Origin: Mycolicibacterium smegmatis
GTDB lineage: Bacteria > Actinomycetota > Actinomycetes > Mycobacteriales > Mycobacteriaceae
Assembly (NCBI RefSeq): GCF_001457595.1
Contig: NZ_LN831039.1
Span: 6,630,001 to 6,662,000, forward strand
Direction of reading: 5' to 3'
DNA length: 32,000 nt
Below, one piece after another: positions 18,176-25,594 of the stretch. Each line of letters opens with the position of its first letter. Position 1 is the stretch's first letter. The notes beneath the pieces are model-generated. The model was not told the DNA's origin, ran no database searches, and was given only the letters and a program-made list of their open reading frames with translations. The position numbers were made by a program, and so were the translations under genes.

Positions 18176-18670
18176 TCAGCCACGATCGTGCGGTTTCGCC
18201 GGCTGATAGTTCTCCTTGCCGCCAGGGAAATCGCGGACCTGAGCTTGGACCGGCAGCGACGACCCGTCGTCGAACATTACGGTGACCTCGACATCGGCAC
18301 CCGGTTGCAGCGGCGCGGTCAGATCCATCAGCATGATGTGGTCGCCACCGGGTGCGAGTTCGTGCTCGCCACCGGCCGGAACCGCGAAGCCGGCTTCCTT
18401 GGGCCGCATGGTCTTTACGCCGTTCGCGTCGGCCGCGACCTCATGGAGTTCGACCATCTCGGCCACCGGCGACGTCGCCGAGACGATGTGCGCGTCGTGA
18501 TGCCCGGTGTTCTGCAATGTGCCGAACACGGCCGTCATCCCGGTGTCGGCCGCACTAGCCCAGGGATCGGCGAACGTCACGGTTTGGGCCATGGTGTGTT
18601 CTTCGTGTTGTGGTGTGCAGCCCGCGAGGGCGAGGGCCGCGACGGCGAAAACAACTGCGCTGTTACGCAT
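18176..18670 (-). CDS. PCu(A)C-type copper chaperone lipoprotein (DUF461 family)
   Basis: Lipobox LALAGC. The H..M...HxM pattern is present (LHEVAADANGVKTM ... GGDHIMLMDL). The start overlaps the PepSY stop by 8 nt. Confidence 0.8.
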   Translation of the reverse strand: MRNSAVVFAVAALALAGCTPQHEEHTMAQTVTFADPWASAADTGMTAVFGTLQNTGHHDAHIVSATSPVAEMVELHEVAADANGVKTMRPKEAGFAVPAGGEHELAPGGDHIMLMDLTAPLQPGADVEVTVMFDDGSSLPVQAQVRDFPGGKENYQPAKPHDRG

Positions 18671-20042
18671 TTTCGTTCTGCTTTCTCTTCATGTATGCGG
18701 TCGCGGCGTCGATCACCAGGAATGCCGCGAGGCTCAACCCGAACAGCGGCAGGCACCAGCCGATGACCACGGCCGTCACCGCCACCGCGGTGACGGCCCA
18801 CCACGGGAGCCTGCGGATCGCACCTCTGCGCGGTGGGCGTCCCACGGCCCACGTCGATCCGCGCGTCGGGCGGCGCTGCCACCACATGCGGTAGCCCTGC
18901 ACGATCAGGGTGATGAGCCCGATCATGCTGACCGCCAGGATGATCTGGTTGACCACGCCGAACAGCAGGCCCATGTGGGCGTCGATCGTCCAACGGGTCA
19001 GCTTGGCCAGTAGCGGCCAGTCCGCGAAGTCGACCCGGTCGGTGACGGCCCCGGTCTGCGCGTCCACGGCGATGGAGTCGTTACGCGTCGGCCAGTCACG
19101 TTTGCGTTCCGACACCGTCCACACCGCGCCGTGCTCGGCGGGCGGGTACAGCCACATCGGACCCTTCAGCCCCACCTCTTCGGCGGTGTGCAGCACGGCG
19201 TCGGCACCGTCGAGGGTCGTCGGGGCCGTGCCGTGCCCGTGGTGGTGCGCCGGCGCGGAAGCGTCGACACTGGGCGCCGTCGAGTTCAATCTGGCCTGCA
19301 GGGTGCTGATGGTTTCCCCGCCGTAGCGCGACCACGTGATGCCCGTGACCGACAACGCCAGCAGCACCGCGAGGACCCAGACCCCGATCACGGCGTGCCA
19401 CGACATGGCCTTGCGACGCCCGGTCGCGGCGCGGTCGGGAACCACGAGCCGGGAGCGTTTGTCCCGACGCTGCAGAAGCCACAGCGCGAGGCCGGCCAGG
19501 GCGATGACCCACATCCAGCTCGCGGCGAGTTCGCTGTAGTGGCGTCCGAACGCGCCGAGATGCAGGTTGCGGTGCAGATCGTCGAACCACGCGCGGATCG
19601 GCATCCACTGGCCGTACGTCGTCAGCGCACCCCGCACCTCGGCGGTATACGGGTCGACGAACACGGTGCGTGAGTAGTCCGGCGGCACGTCATCGACGCT
19701 GAGCTGGACCTGCGTCGTCTCCGTGGGCTCGGCAGGCGGCCGGATGCTCGCGACGGTGCCCTCGGGATGGGCGGCACGGGCCGCCGCAATCTGATCTGTC
19801 AGCGGCAGGCGGTGCTGCCCGATGTGGTCGACGGTCAGCTCATGGCGGTAGACCGTGGCGTCGATCTGCGGGATCAGTGCGTACAGCAGGCCGGTGACGG
19901 CCGCAATGAGGATGAACGGGCCGACGAACACGCCCGCGTAGAAGTGCAGCCGCATAAGTAACTGGCGGGCTGCGGCGCGCGCGGTCGGGGGTGATGTCGG
20001 TGGTGATTCTGTGCGTGGTCGATCGTCAGGGGTTGTGGTCAT
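18663..20042 (-). CDS. PepSY-associated TM-helix protein (FoxB/PiuB-like membrane reductase family)
   Basis: 459 aa. Four His-bearing TM motifs are present: RLHFYAGVFVG, DLHRNLHLGAFG, MSWHAVIGVW and IDAHMGLLFG. Confidence 0.8.
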   Translation of the reverse strand: MTTTPDDRPRTESPPTSPPTARAAARQLLMRLHFYAGVFVGPFILIAAVTGLLYALIPQIDATVYRHELTVDHIGQHRLPLTDQIAAARAAHPEGTVASIRPPAEPTETTQVQLSVDDVPPDYSRTVFVDPYTAEVRGALTTYGQWMPIRAWFDDLHRNLHLGAFGRHYSELAASWMWVIALAGLALWLLQRRDKRSRLVVPDRAATGRRKAMSWHAVIGVWVLAVLLALSVTGITWSRYGGETISTLQARLNSTAPSVDASAPAHHHGHGTAPTTLDGADAVLHTAEEVGLKGPMWLYPPAEHGAVWTVSERKRDWPTRNDSIAVDAQTGAVTDRVDFADWPLLAKLTRWTIDAHMGLLFGVVNQIILAVSMIGLITLIVQGYRMWWQRRPTRGSTWAVGRPPRRGAIRRLPWWAVTAVAVTAVVIGWCLPLFGLSLAAFLVIDAATAYMKRKQNENA

Positions 20043-20111
20043 GGAAATGCTTTCGCTCAGAGGTTTTCGCGGTTCTCGCGGTTTCGCGCAGGAATGTGCG
20101 CAACGGGTAAC

Positions 20112-20133
20112 AGCCCGTCGGTGTCGACGGGCT
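20112..20133 (-). terminator. GC-rich hairpin (9-bp stem AGCCCGTCG/CGACGGGCT, 4-nt loop) after the membrane-protein gene
   Basis: Read directly. It begins 23 nt downstream of the stop at 20156. There is no U-tract, so it would be an I-shaped terminator or an RNA-processing element. Confidence 0.4.
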
Positions 20134-20155
20134 CACATGAAGCGATGTGCGGGCG

Positions 20156-20698
20156 TCAGACGCCGGCAGTGAGCGCCTGAGGCGGCGCCCGCATTCCCAG
20201 ACCGGCACGCAGCAGAACGGGGCGTGCCACAACGACATCAGACGGCCACCAGGCCGCGTCGCCTGCCGGCTCGACCCGGCCGACGGCAAAGAGGCGCAAC
20301 CAGCTCAGGACGGTCGCGCAGACGATGAAGAGGTATTCGACCGCACCGATCAACAGGCCCAGCCCGACGGCCGCAGCCGCATGCAGCGCGAGCATCGGCG
20401 CGCTCACCAGGGCGCCGCCGTGGTGATGGCCGCCGGTCACGGCGAGGATGAGGTGGCCGAGGGCCTGTCCCGATCCCAGCCCCACGATCAACAAGGCCGT
20501 CGCGGCCGAGCGGGTGCGCGGCGAGAATCCGCCCACCGTGGCGCCGAGCGTCGCGCACGCGATCAGCAGGATCACCAGCGGGCTGCCCGACGGGGGTACC
20601 CCGCCTGCCGCGGTGTGTGCCACTGCTGCGGTCAGCGCCGAGCACATGCCCACCAGACCGCCGCGCAGGTGCGCCGCATGGTCGGTGAGGGTGCTCAC
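20156..20698 (-). CDS. Polytopic (about 5 TM) membrane protein with intramembrane His residues and a GGHHHGG loop; function unknown
   Basis: Hydrophobic segments include LVGMCSALTAAVAHTAAGG, LVILLIACATLGATVGGF, ALLIVGLGSGQALGHLILAVTGG, LVSAPMLALHAAAAVGLGLLIGAV and YLFIVCATVLSWL. The start is ambiguous (GTG 20698 or GTG 20749). Confidence 0.55.
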   Translation of the reverse strand: MSTLTDHAAHLRGGLVGMCSALTAAVAHTAAGGVPPSGSPLVILLIACATLGATVGGFSPRTRSAATALLIVGLGSGQALGHLILAVTGGHHHGGALVSAPMLALHAAAAVGLGLLIGAVEYLFIVCATVLSWLRLFAVGRVEPAGDAAWWPSDVVVARPVLLRAGLGMRAPPQALTAGV

Positions 20699-20810
20699 CT
20701 GCGGAACTTTACCCGGGCGGTTTGCCGGTGTTCGTTGCTGGTCACGCACGGTGGTCGGCGCCCGTGCGGCACTCGGCGGTTTTCGGCTGTCGGCGACCTA
20801 CCGTGGTGGG

Positions 20811-21443
20811 GTGTACGACCAGTACGACGTGATCGCCGACGACTACGCCCAGCACTTCCCCGACGACTTTGCGTCCCGACCGTTCGACCGGGCACTCGTG
20901 CACGTCTTCGCGGGTCTCGTCCAACAGTCCGGCGGTGGCAACGTGCTCGACGTCGGCTGCGGACCCGGTCAGGCGACCGCCGAACTCGGCGCAGCCGGCC
21001 TGCGGACCCACGCCATCGACGGTTCACCTGCCATGGTCTCGATCGCCCGGCGGCGCTATCCCCATGCCCGCTACCAGGTCGCGGATATGGCGTCGCTCCC
21101 CTATCAGGATGCGGCGTTCGGCGGGCTGTGCGCGTGGTACTCGATCATCCATACTCCGGCCGACCGCCTTGCCGGGTTGTTCGCCGAGTTCTCCCGGGTG
21201 CTCGCCGACCCCGGCTGGCTGCTTCTCGGTTTCCAGACAGACGCTCCTCCTTTGGTTTTCGATGAGGCATTCGGGCACAAGGTCGACATGACGTTCCTGC
21301 GCCACAACGTGACCACAGTGCAGGAGGCACTGTTGGCAGCGGGCTTCACCGTGTACGCGACGTCCAAACGCGAACGCCTGCAACACCTGAGCGAAACTGC
21401 TGCCCAAGCGTTCGTCATCGCGCACCGAGGCCCGCTTCACTGA
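20811..21443 (+). CDS. Class I SAM-dependent methyltransferase
   Basis: Start taken at GTG 20811 (VYDQYDVIADDYAQHF). Motif I is VLDVGCGPGQ. The upstream part of ORF 20448.. is antisense to the membrane-protein gene. Confidence 0.8.
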   Translation: MYDQYDVIADDYAQHFPDDFASRPFDRALVHVFAGLVQQSGGGNVLDVGCGPGQATAELGAAGLRTHAIDGSPAMVSIARRRYPHARYQVADMASLPYQDAAFGGLCAWYSIIHTPADRLAGLFAEFSRVLADPGWLLLGFQTDAPPLVFDEAFGHKVDMTFLRHNVTTVQEALLAAGFTVYATSKRERLQHLSETAAQAFVIAHRGPLH

Positions 21444-21448
21444 CGGCG

Positions 21449-23116
21449 CTATCGAGGTTCGTCATCGTCCCCGGCTGCGTTCTTGCTCGGGCCGTTCCTG
21501 TTCTCGCCGCTGTTCCTGTCTCCGTTCCCGTTGTGGCGGTAGGTATCTCTGGTGGTGGTGCTGCTCGTGGTGTCGCGAGTGTTGACGGGCGGGACTTCGG
21601 CCTGGTGGTACGGGGCGGTGCGTTGTTGGCCTTGGTCGAGCAGTTCGGGTGGGATTGCCGGCTTTTCGCCGTGGCCATTGACATGGACTGTTCCTGTGTC
21701 CGCCCCGGTGTCTGTGTGGTGCTGCTCGCGGTTGTCGCCGTCAGTCTTCTGGTCGCGGTTGATGTCAGCGAGGAGGGTTTCGGGGTGGTGGTAGGTGTTG
21801 GTGCGGTGTTGACCACGGTCGAGAAGGTCGGGTGGGATCCATTCGCATTGGCCGTGGTTATTGATGCGGGTGGTCCATTTGTTGGGGGCGTCGCCGACGA
21901 GGCGGTTGTCGCAGCCGCAGGCCAGGGCCAGGGCGTCGGCGTCGGTGAGTCCGCCTTTGGAGTAGTCGGTGGTGGCGTGGTGGGCTTGGCAGCGGTAGCC
22001 GTTGGCGGTGCAGCCGGGGCGGGTGCAGCCGCGGTCGCGTGCCCAGATGGCCAGACGCTGCCCGGCGGATGCGGTGCGCCGGGCCCGCCCGAGGTAGAGC
22101 GGTATGCCGGTGTGTTCGTCGTAGACGGCGAGGTAGTGAAGCGCTTGGGAGGCCAGGCGGATCAGGTTGGGGATGGACAGTTTGGTGCCGCCGGCGGTGA
22201 TCGCCACCCCGGCGGCTTTTTCCAGTTCTTGCAGGGTGGTGGTGATCAGCAGGGTGGCGGGTAGGCCGTTGATCTGGCCGAGGTCTTTGTGGGCGAGCAG
22301 CAGGCGCATCGCGGTGAGCATGGCGTCGTGGCGACGCTCGGGCGCGCCGCGCTCGTCGTGGTCGATTTGTTGTTGTGAGGGTGTGCCGGAGATGCATGGG
22401 GTTTGGTCGGCGGGGTTGCACATGCCGGGTGCGGCCAGTTTTTCGTCGACGGGGTCGAAGGTGGCTTTGAATTCGGCGCTGACTTTGCCGCGCAGGTGGT
22501 AGGAGCCGTCGGGTTGTTGGGGGCCGAAGGTGATGCCGAACGGTTTGGTGGGTGGGTTGTCGGTGGGGGCGGGCCCGTCCTGGTCCAGCAGGAACACGGC
22601 GTGGTCGACGGCTTGGCGCACGGTTTCGGGGTCGGCCCCGATGGCGCCGGTGACCAGTTTTTCTTCCAGCCGGCACTGTTCGGCGTAGGTGACCCAGTCG
22701 GGGCATTTGGTGAAGAACTTGAACAGCTCGGTGACGTGGTCGGGGGTCAGGGCGCCGTCGGCTTGGGCGGCGGCGATGTGTTCACGTTTGGGTGCCAAGG
22801 CTTCGCCGGTCAGCGACACCCGGGGGCCCAGTTCGGCGGCGTCGGTGCAGCGGCGGCGGGCTTCCTTGACGGAGATGCCCAGGCGGGTCGCCAGCACCAC
22901 CGGCCAGGATTTGGCGCCGATCGCTGCGGGGGTGGTCTGTTCGCTCAGCGCGGCGATAGCGCGGTGTTCGACGGCGGGGGCCAGGTTGCGCACATCTTGG
23001 ATGCCCTCGCACACGTCCAGCAGGTCGGCGTCGGACAGGGCGGTGTAGGGCAGGGCGAGCACGTCGCGCATCGCGGCGTGCAGCGCCGCGAGTGCTGTGC
23101 CTACTTCCGCTGCCAT
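21449..23116 (-). CDS. DUF222 + HNH endonuclease protein (REP13E12 family), mobile-element-like
   Basis: The DUF222-type N-terminus has the LSDADLLDVCEGIQDVRNL pattern. The HNH region is GCTRPGCTANGYRCQAHHATTDYSKGGLTDADALALACGCDN. The C-terminal WIPPDLLDRGQHRTNTYHHPE motif is present twice. ATG 23116 is preferred over TTG 23146 because the SOS box lies between them. Confidence 0.85.
   Translation of the reverse strand: MAAEVGTALAALHAAMRDVLALPYTALSDADLLDVCEGIQDVRNLAPAVEHRAIAALSEQTTPAAIGAKSWPVVLATRLGISVKEARRRCTDAAELGPRVSLTGEALAPKREHIAAAQADGALTPDHVTELFKFFTKCPDWVTYAEQCRLEEKLVTGAIGADPETVRQAVDHAVFLLDQDGPAPTDNPPTKPFGITFGPQQPDGSYHLRGKVSAEFKATFDPVDEKLAAPGMCNPADQTPCISGTPSQQQIDHDERGAPERRHDAMLTAMRLLLAHKDLGQINGLPATLLITTTLQELEKAAGVAITAGGTKLSIPNLIRLASQALHYLAVYDEHTGIPLYLGRARRTASAGQRLAIWARDRGCTRPGCTANGYRCQAHHATTDYSKGGLTDADALALACGCDNRLVGDAPNKWTTRINNHGQCEWIPPDLLDRGQHRTNTYHHPETLLADINRDQKTDGDNREQHHTDTGADTGTVHVNGHGEKPAIPPELLDQGQQRTAPYHQAEVPPVNTRDTTSSTTTRDTYRHNGNGDRNSGENRNGPSKNAAGDDDEPR
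21603..21869 (-). repeat. In-frame internal duplication (two 84-nt copies, 183-nt offset = 61 codons) of the C-terminal IPP.LLD.GQ.RT..YH motif region
   Basis: Copies lie at 21603-21686 and 21786-21869. My hand alignment gives 59/84 identical positions. Confidence 0.6.
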
Positions 23117-23119
23117 GCT

Positions 23120-23135
23120 TCGAACACTAGTTCGA
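23120..23135. promoter_or_regulatory. Perfect mycobacterial LexA SOS box TCGAAC-ACTA-GTTCGA
   Basis: Read directly. It ends 4 nt upstream of ATG 23116 of the DUF222/HNH gene. On the coding strand the box contains TAGTGT (TANNNT) 7 nt before the ATG. Confidence 0.7.
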
Positions 23136-23302
23136 ATCACTGACAAGAACCCTCAGTTTGTGACTGGTGTGATCAATGAGCCCATATTGGTCAAAGGTGT
23201 TGTTGTACAGCACGTTACAGAAGAACACTCACCGGTCGGCGAGCGTGCGCCGAGTGCTGACACAACCCGGCGTGTCCACCGACAAACACGCACCCTCACG
23301 AA

Positions 23303-23370
23303 GCAAAGTGCGGTGCAAGCACGGAGCAAGGTGCGGTGCAAGCACGGTGCAAAGTGAGGTGCAAAGTGAC
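23303..23370. repeat. About three tandem copies of a 23-bp unit (AGCAAGGTGCGGTGCAAGCACGG)
   Basis: GTGCGGTGCAAGCACGG occurs identically at 23308-23324 and 23331-23347. A degenerate third copy lies at 23348-23370. The repeat sits just upstream of the nitrobindin start. Confidence 0.7.
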
Positions 23371-23390
23371 CCGACCCGTACCCTGGCCCT

Positions 23391-23876
23391 GTGATCGACC
23401 TTCATCCGAACATTGCCCCACTGGCTCCACTCCTGGGCACGTGGGCGGGCCCAGGCGCGGGTGAGTATCCGACGATCCAGTCGTTCGAATACCTCGAAGA
23501 GATCACCTTCGGACACGTCGGCAAGCCTTTCCTGACGTACCAGCAGCGCACCAAGGCCCGTGATGACGGGCGGCCGTTGCACGCAGAAGTCGGCTACATC
23601 CGGGTCCCGGCGCCGGACCGGGTCGAGTGGGTTCTCGCACACCCCACCGGGATCACCGAGATCCAGGAAGGCACGCTGACCGTCGGCGGCGATCGCATCA
23701 CGATGGACGTGAAGGCCACCACGATCGGGCTGACGGCATCGGCGAAAAACGTGACCGCGCTTGCTCGTTCGTTCCGCATAACGGGCGACGAGCTGGCGTA
23801 CACCCTGCAGATGGGCGCTGTCGGGCAGCCATTGCAACACCACCTGGCAGCGACCTTGCGGAGGACCCCCGCATGA
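23391..23876 (+). CDS. Nitrobindin / FABP-like haem-binding beta-barrel (Rv2717c-type, DUF1794)
   Basis: 161 aa. [40 protein letters not shown]...[11 protein letters not shown]...[25 protein letters not shown] closely follows the Rv2717c pattern as I recall it. Confidence 0.8.
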   Translation: MIDLHPNIAPLAPLLGTWAGPGAGEYPTIQSFEYLEEITFGHVGKPFLTYQQRTKARDDGRPLHAEVGYIRVPAPDRVEWVLAHPTGITEIQEGTLTVGGDRITMDVKATTIGLTASAKNVTALARSFRITGDELAYTLQMGAVGQPLQHHLAATLRRTPA

Positions 23877-25102
23877 CCGGCAAGATCTCTGTGCCTGCCG
23901 ATCTGGACGCGGTGACCACGATCGGCGATGAAGACCATTCGGGTATCGACGCGCGGGCGATCGAGCAGATCTGGGACTCGGTGCGGTACTGGTACCAGTC
24001 GGGCCTGCACCCCGCGATCCAGGTGTGCCTGCGGCACAAGGGAAGAGTGGTGCTGAACCGGGCGATCGGCCACGGCTGGGGCAACGGACCCGACGATTCA
24101 CCGGATACCGAGAAGATCCTCGCCACACCCGAGACCCCGTTCTGCGTGTACTCGGCCGCCAAGGCGATCAGCTCGACGGTGGTGCACATGCTCGTCGAGC
24201 GTGGGTACTTCTCGCTCGACGATCGCGTGTGCGATTACCTGCCGGGATACACCAGCCATGGCAAGGACCGCACCACGATTCGTCACGTCATGACCCACAG
24301 TGCGGGCGTGCCGATCCACACCGGCCCTCGCCCCGACGTCACGAAGGTCAACGACAGCGAGTACACCCGCCAACAGCTCGCGGCGCTCAAACCCGTCTAC
24401 CGACCGGGGTTGATCCACATCTACCACGGCCTCACGTGGGGTCCGCTGATTCGCGAGATCGTCTCTGCGGCAACGGGTCGCAATATCCGCGACATCCTGG
24501 CCGAGGAGATCCTCGAGCCGCTGAAGTTCCGGTGGACCAACTACGGCGTGCGGCCGGAAGAGGTCGGCCTGGTGGCGCCCAGCCACGTCACGGGCAAGCC
24601 GTTGCCCGCACCCATCGCCGCGGCGTTCCGCGCCGCGGTGGGCGGCACGCCCGACCGGATCATCCCGCTGAGCAACACGCCGCTGTTCCTCACGAGCATC
24701 GTGCCGTCGTCGAGCACGGTGTCCAACGCCGACGAGCTGTCACGCTTCGCCGAGATCCTGAGGCGCGGTGGCGAATTGGACGGCGTGAGGATTCTGCGTC
24801 CGGAAACTCTGCGGACGGCGACGGCTCCGTGCCGCCGGATGCGCCCGGATGTGGCGACTGGCCTCAAACCGATGCGCTGGGGCACCGGCTACATGCTCGG
24901 CGGTAAACGCTTCGGCCCGTTCGGCCGCAACACCGAATCCGCGTTCGGCCATACCGGACTGGTCGACATCGCGGTGTGGGCCGACCCGGCGCGCAGCCTG
25001 TCGGCGGCCGTCGTCAGCAGCGGCAAGCCGGGCGCACACTTCGAGACCAACCGCTACCCGGCGGTGCTCAACCGGATCGCGGAGCAGATCCCGCCGGGCT
25101 GA
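23873..25102 (+). CDS. Serine hydrolase, beta-lactamase/esterase family
   Basis: ATG 23873 overlaps the nitrobindin stop (ATGA) and is preceded by GGAGGA. The SxxK motif is present (YSAAKAISS). 409 aa. Confidence 0.85.
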   Translation: MTGKISVPADLDAVTTIGDEDHSGIDARAIEQIWDSVRYWYQSGLHPAIQVCLRHKGRVVLNRAIGHGWGNGPDDSPDTEKILATPETPFCVYSAAKAISSTVVHMLVERGYFSLDDRVCDYLPGYTSHGKDRTTIRHVMTHSAGVPIHTGPRPDVTKVNDSEYTRQQLAALKPVYRPGLIHIYHGLTWGPLIREIVSAATGRNIRDILAEEILEPLKFRWTNYGVRPEEVGLVAPSHVTGKPLPAPIAAAFRAAVGGTPDRIIPLSNTPLFLTSIVPSSSTVSNADELSRFAEILRRGGELDGVRILRPETLRTATAPCRRMRPDVATGLKPMRWGTGYMLGGKRFGPFGRNTESAFGHTGLVDIAVWADPARSLSAAVVSSGKPGAHFETNRYPAVLNRIAEQIPPG

Positions 25103-25111
25103 CCGAGCCGT

Positions 25112-25552
25112 TCAGCGCAACCGCTCGCCGTACACGCGCTGCACCGACAGTTTCATCAGCACCCTGCGGTCGGAGACCATGACCGACCGGTACTCGTCCC
25201 AGTCCGGGTGCTCACCCGCGGCCTTGCGGTAGTACTCGACGAGGGCTTCCACCTCGGGACCGTGTGGGTCGGTACCTGGGCCGGTCAGGGTCACCGTGCC
25301 TTCCGCGGTCGCCCAGGCCCAGCCGTCCGCACGGGTGACCTCGAGTGCGGCGCGCGGGTCGCGCCGCAGGTTCGCGGTCTTCGCGCGCCCGTCTGTCATG
25401 GACACGTAGATGATGTCGGCGGCGCGGTCGTAGTACGGCGTCACCGGCGACAGTTGCGGAAGCCCGTTTGCTTTGATGGTGGCGAGCACCCCGATCCGGG
25501 CCTCGGCCAGCAACGAGCGCGGATCGAACGCATCAGATGAGGTGGCGGTCAC
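25112..25552 (-). CDS. PPOX-class (pyridoxamine-5-phosphate-oxidase-like) probable F420-dependent oxidoreductase
   Basis: 146 aa from GTG 25552. Contains ARIGVLATIKANGLPQLSPVTPYYD...IYVSMTDGRAKTANLRRDPRAAL. The rest of the 667-aa ORF is antisense shadow. Confidence 0.8.
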   Translation of the reverse strand: MTATSSDAFDPRSLLAEARIGVLATIKANGLPQLSPVTPYYDRAADIIYVSMTDGRAKTANLRRDPRAALEVTRADGWAWATAEGTVTLTGPGTDPHGPEVEALVEYYRKAAGEHPDWDEYRSVMVSDRRVLMKLSVQRVYGERLR

Positions 25553-25594
25553 ACTGTGCGCAACTCGTGATCGGCCGCTCCGTATTCCGGGAGG

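Noticed and set aside
16855-18285. 476-aa plus-strand ORF antisense to the DyP gene
   Set aside because: It is an R/P/G-rich shadow frame. The DyP frame has the Tat signal and the GxxDG motif.
23097-23394. Short ORFs (86, 62 and 72 aa) in the HNH/nitrobindin spacer
   Set aside because: They run through the tandem repeat and the SOS box. They have no RBS or leaderless geometry and an atypical composition. The region is better explained as regulatory or repeat DNA.
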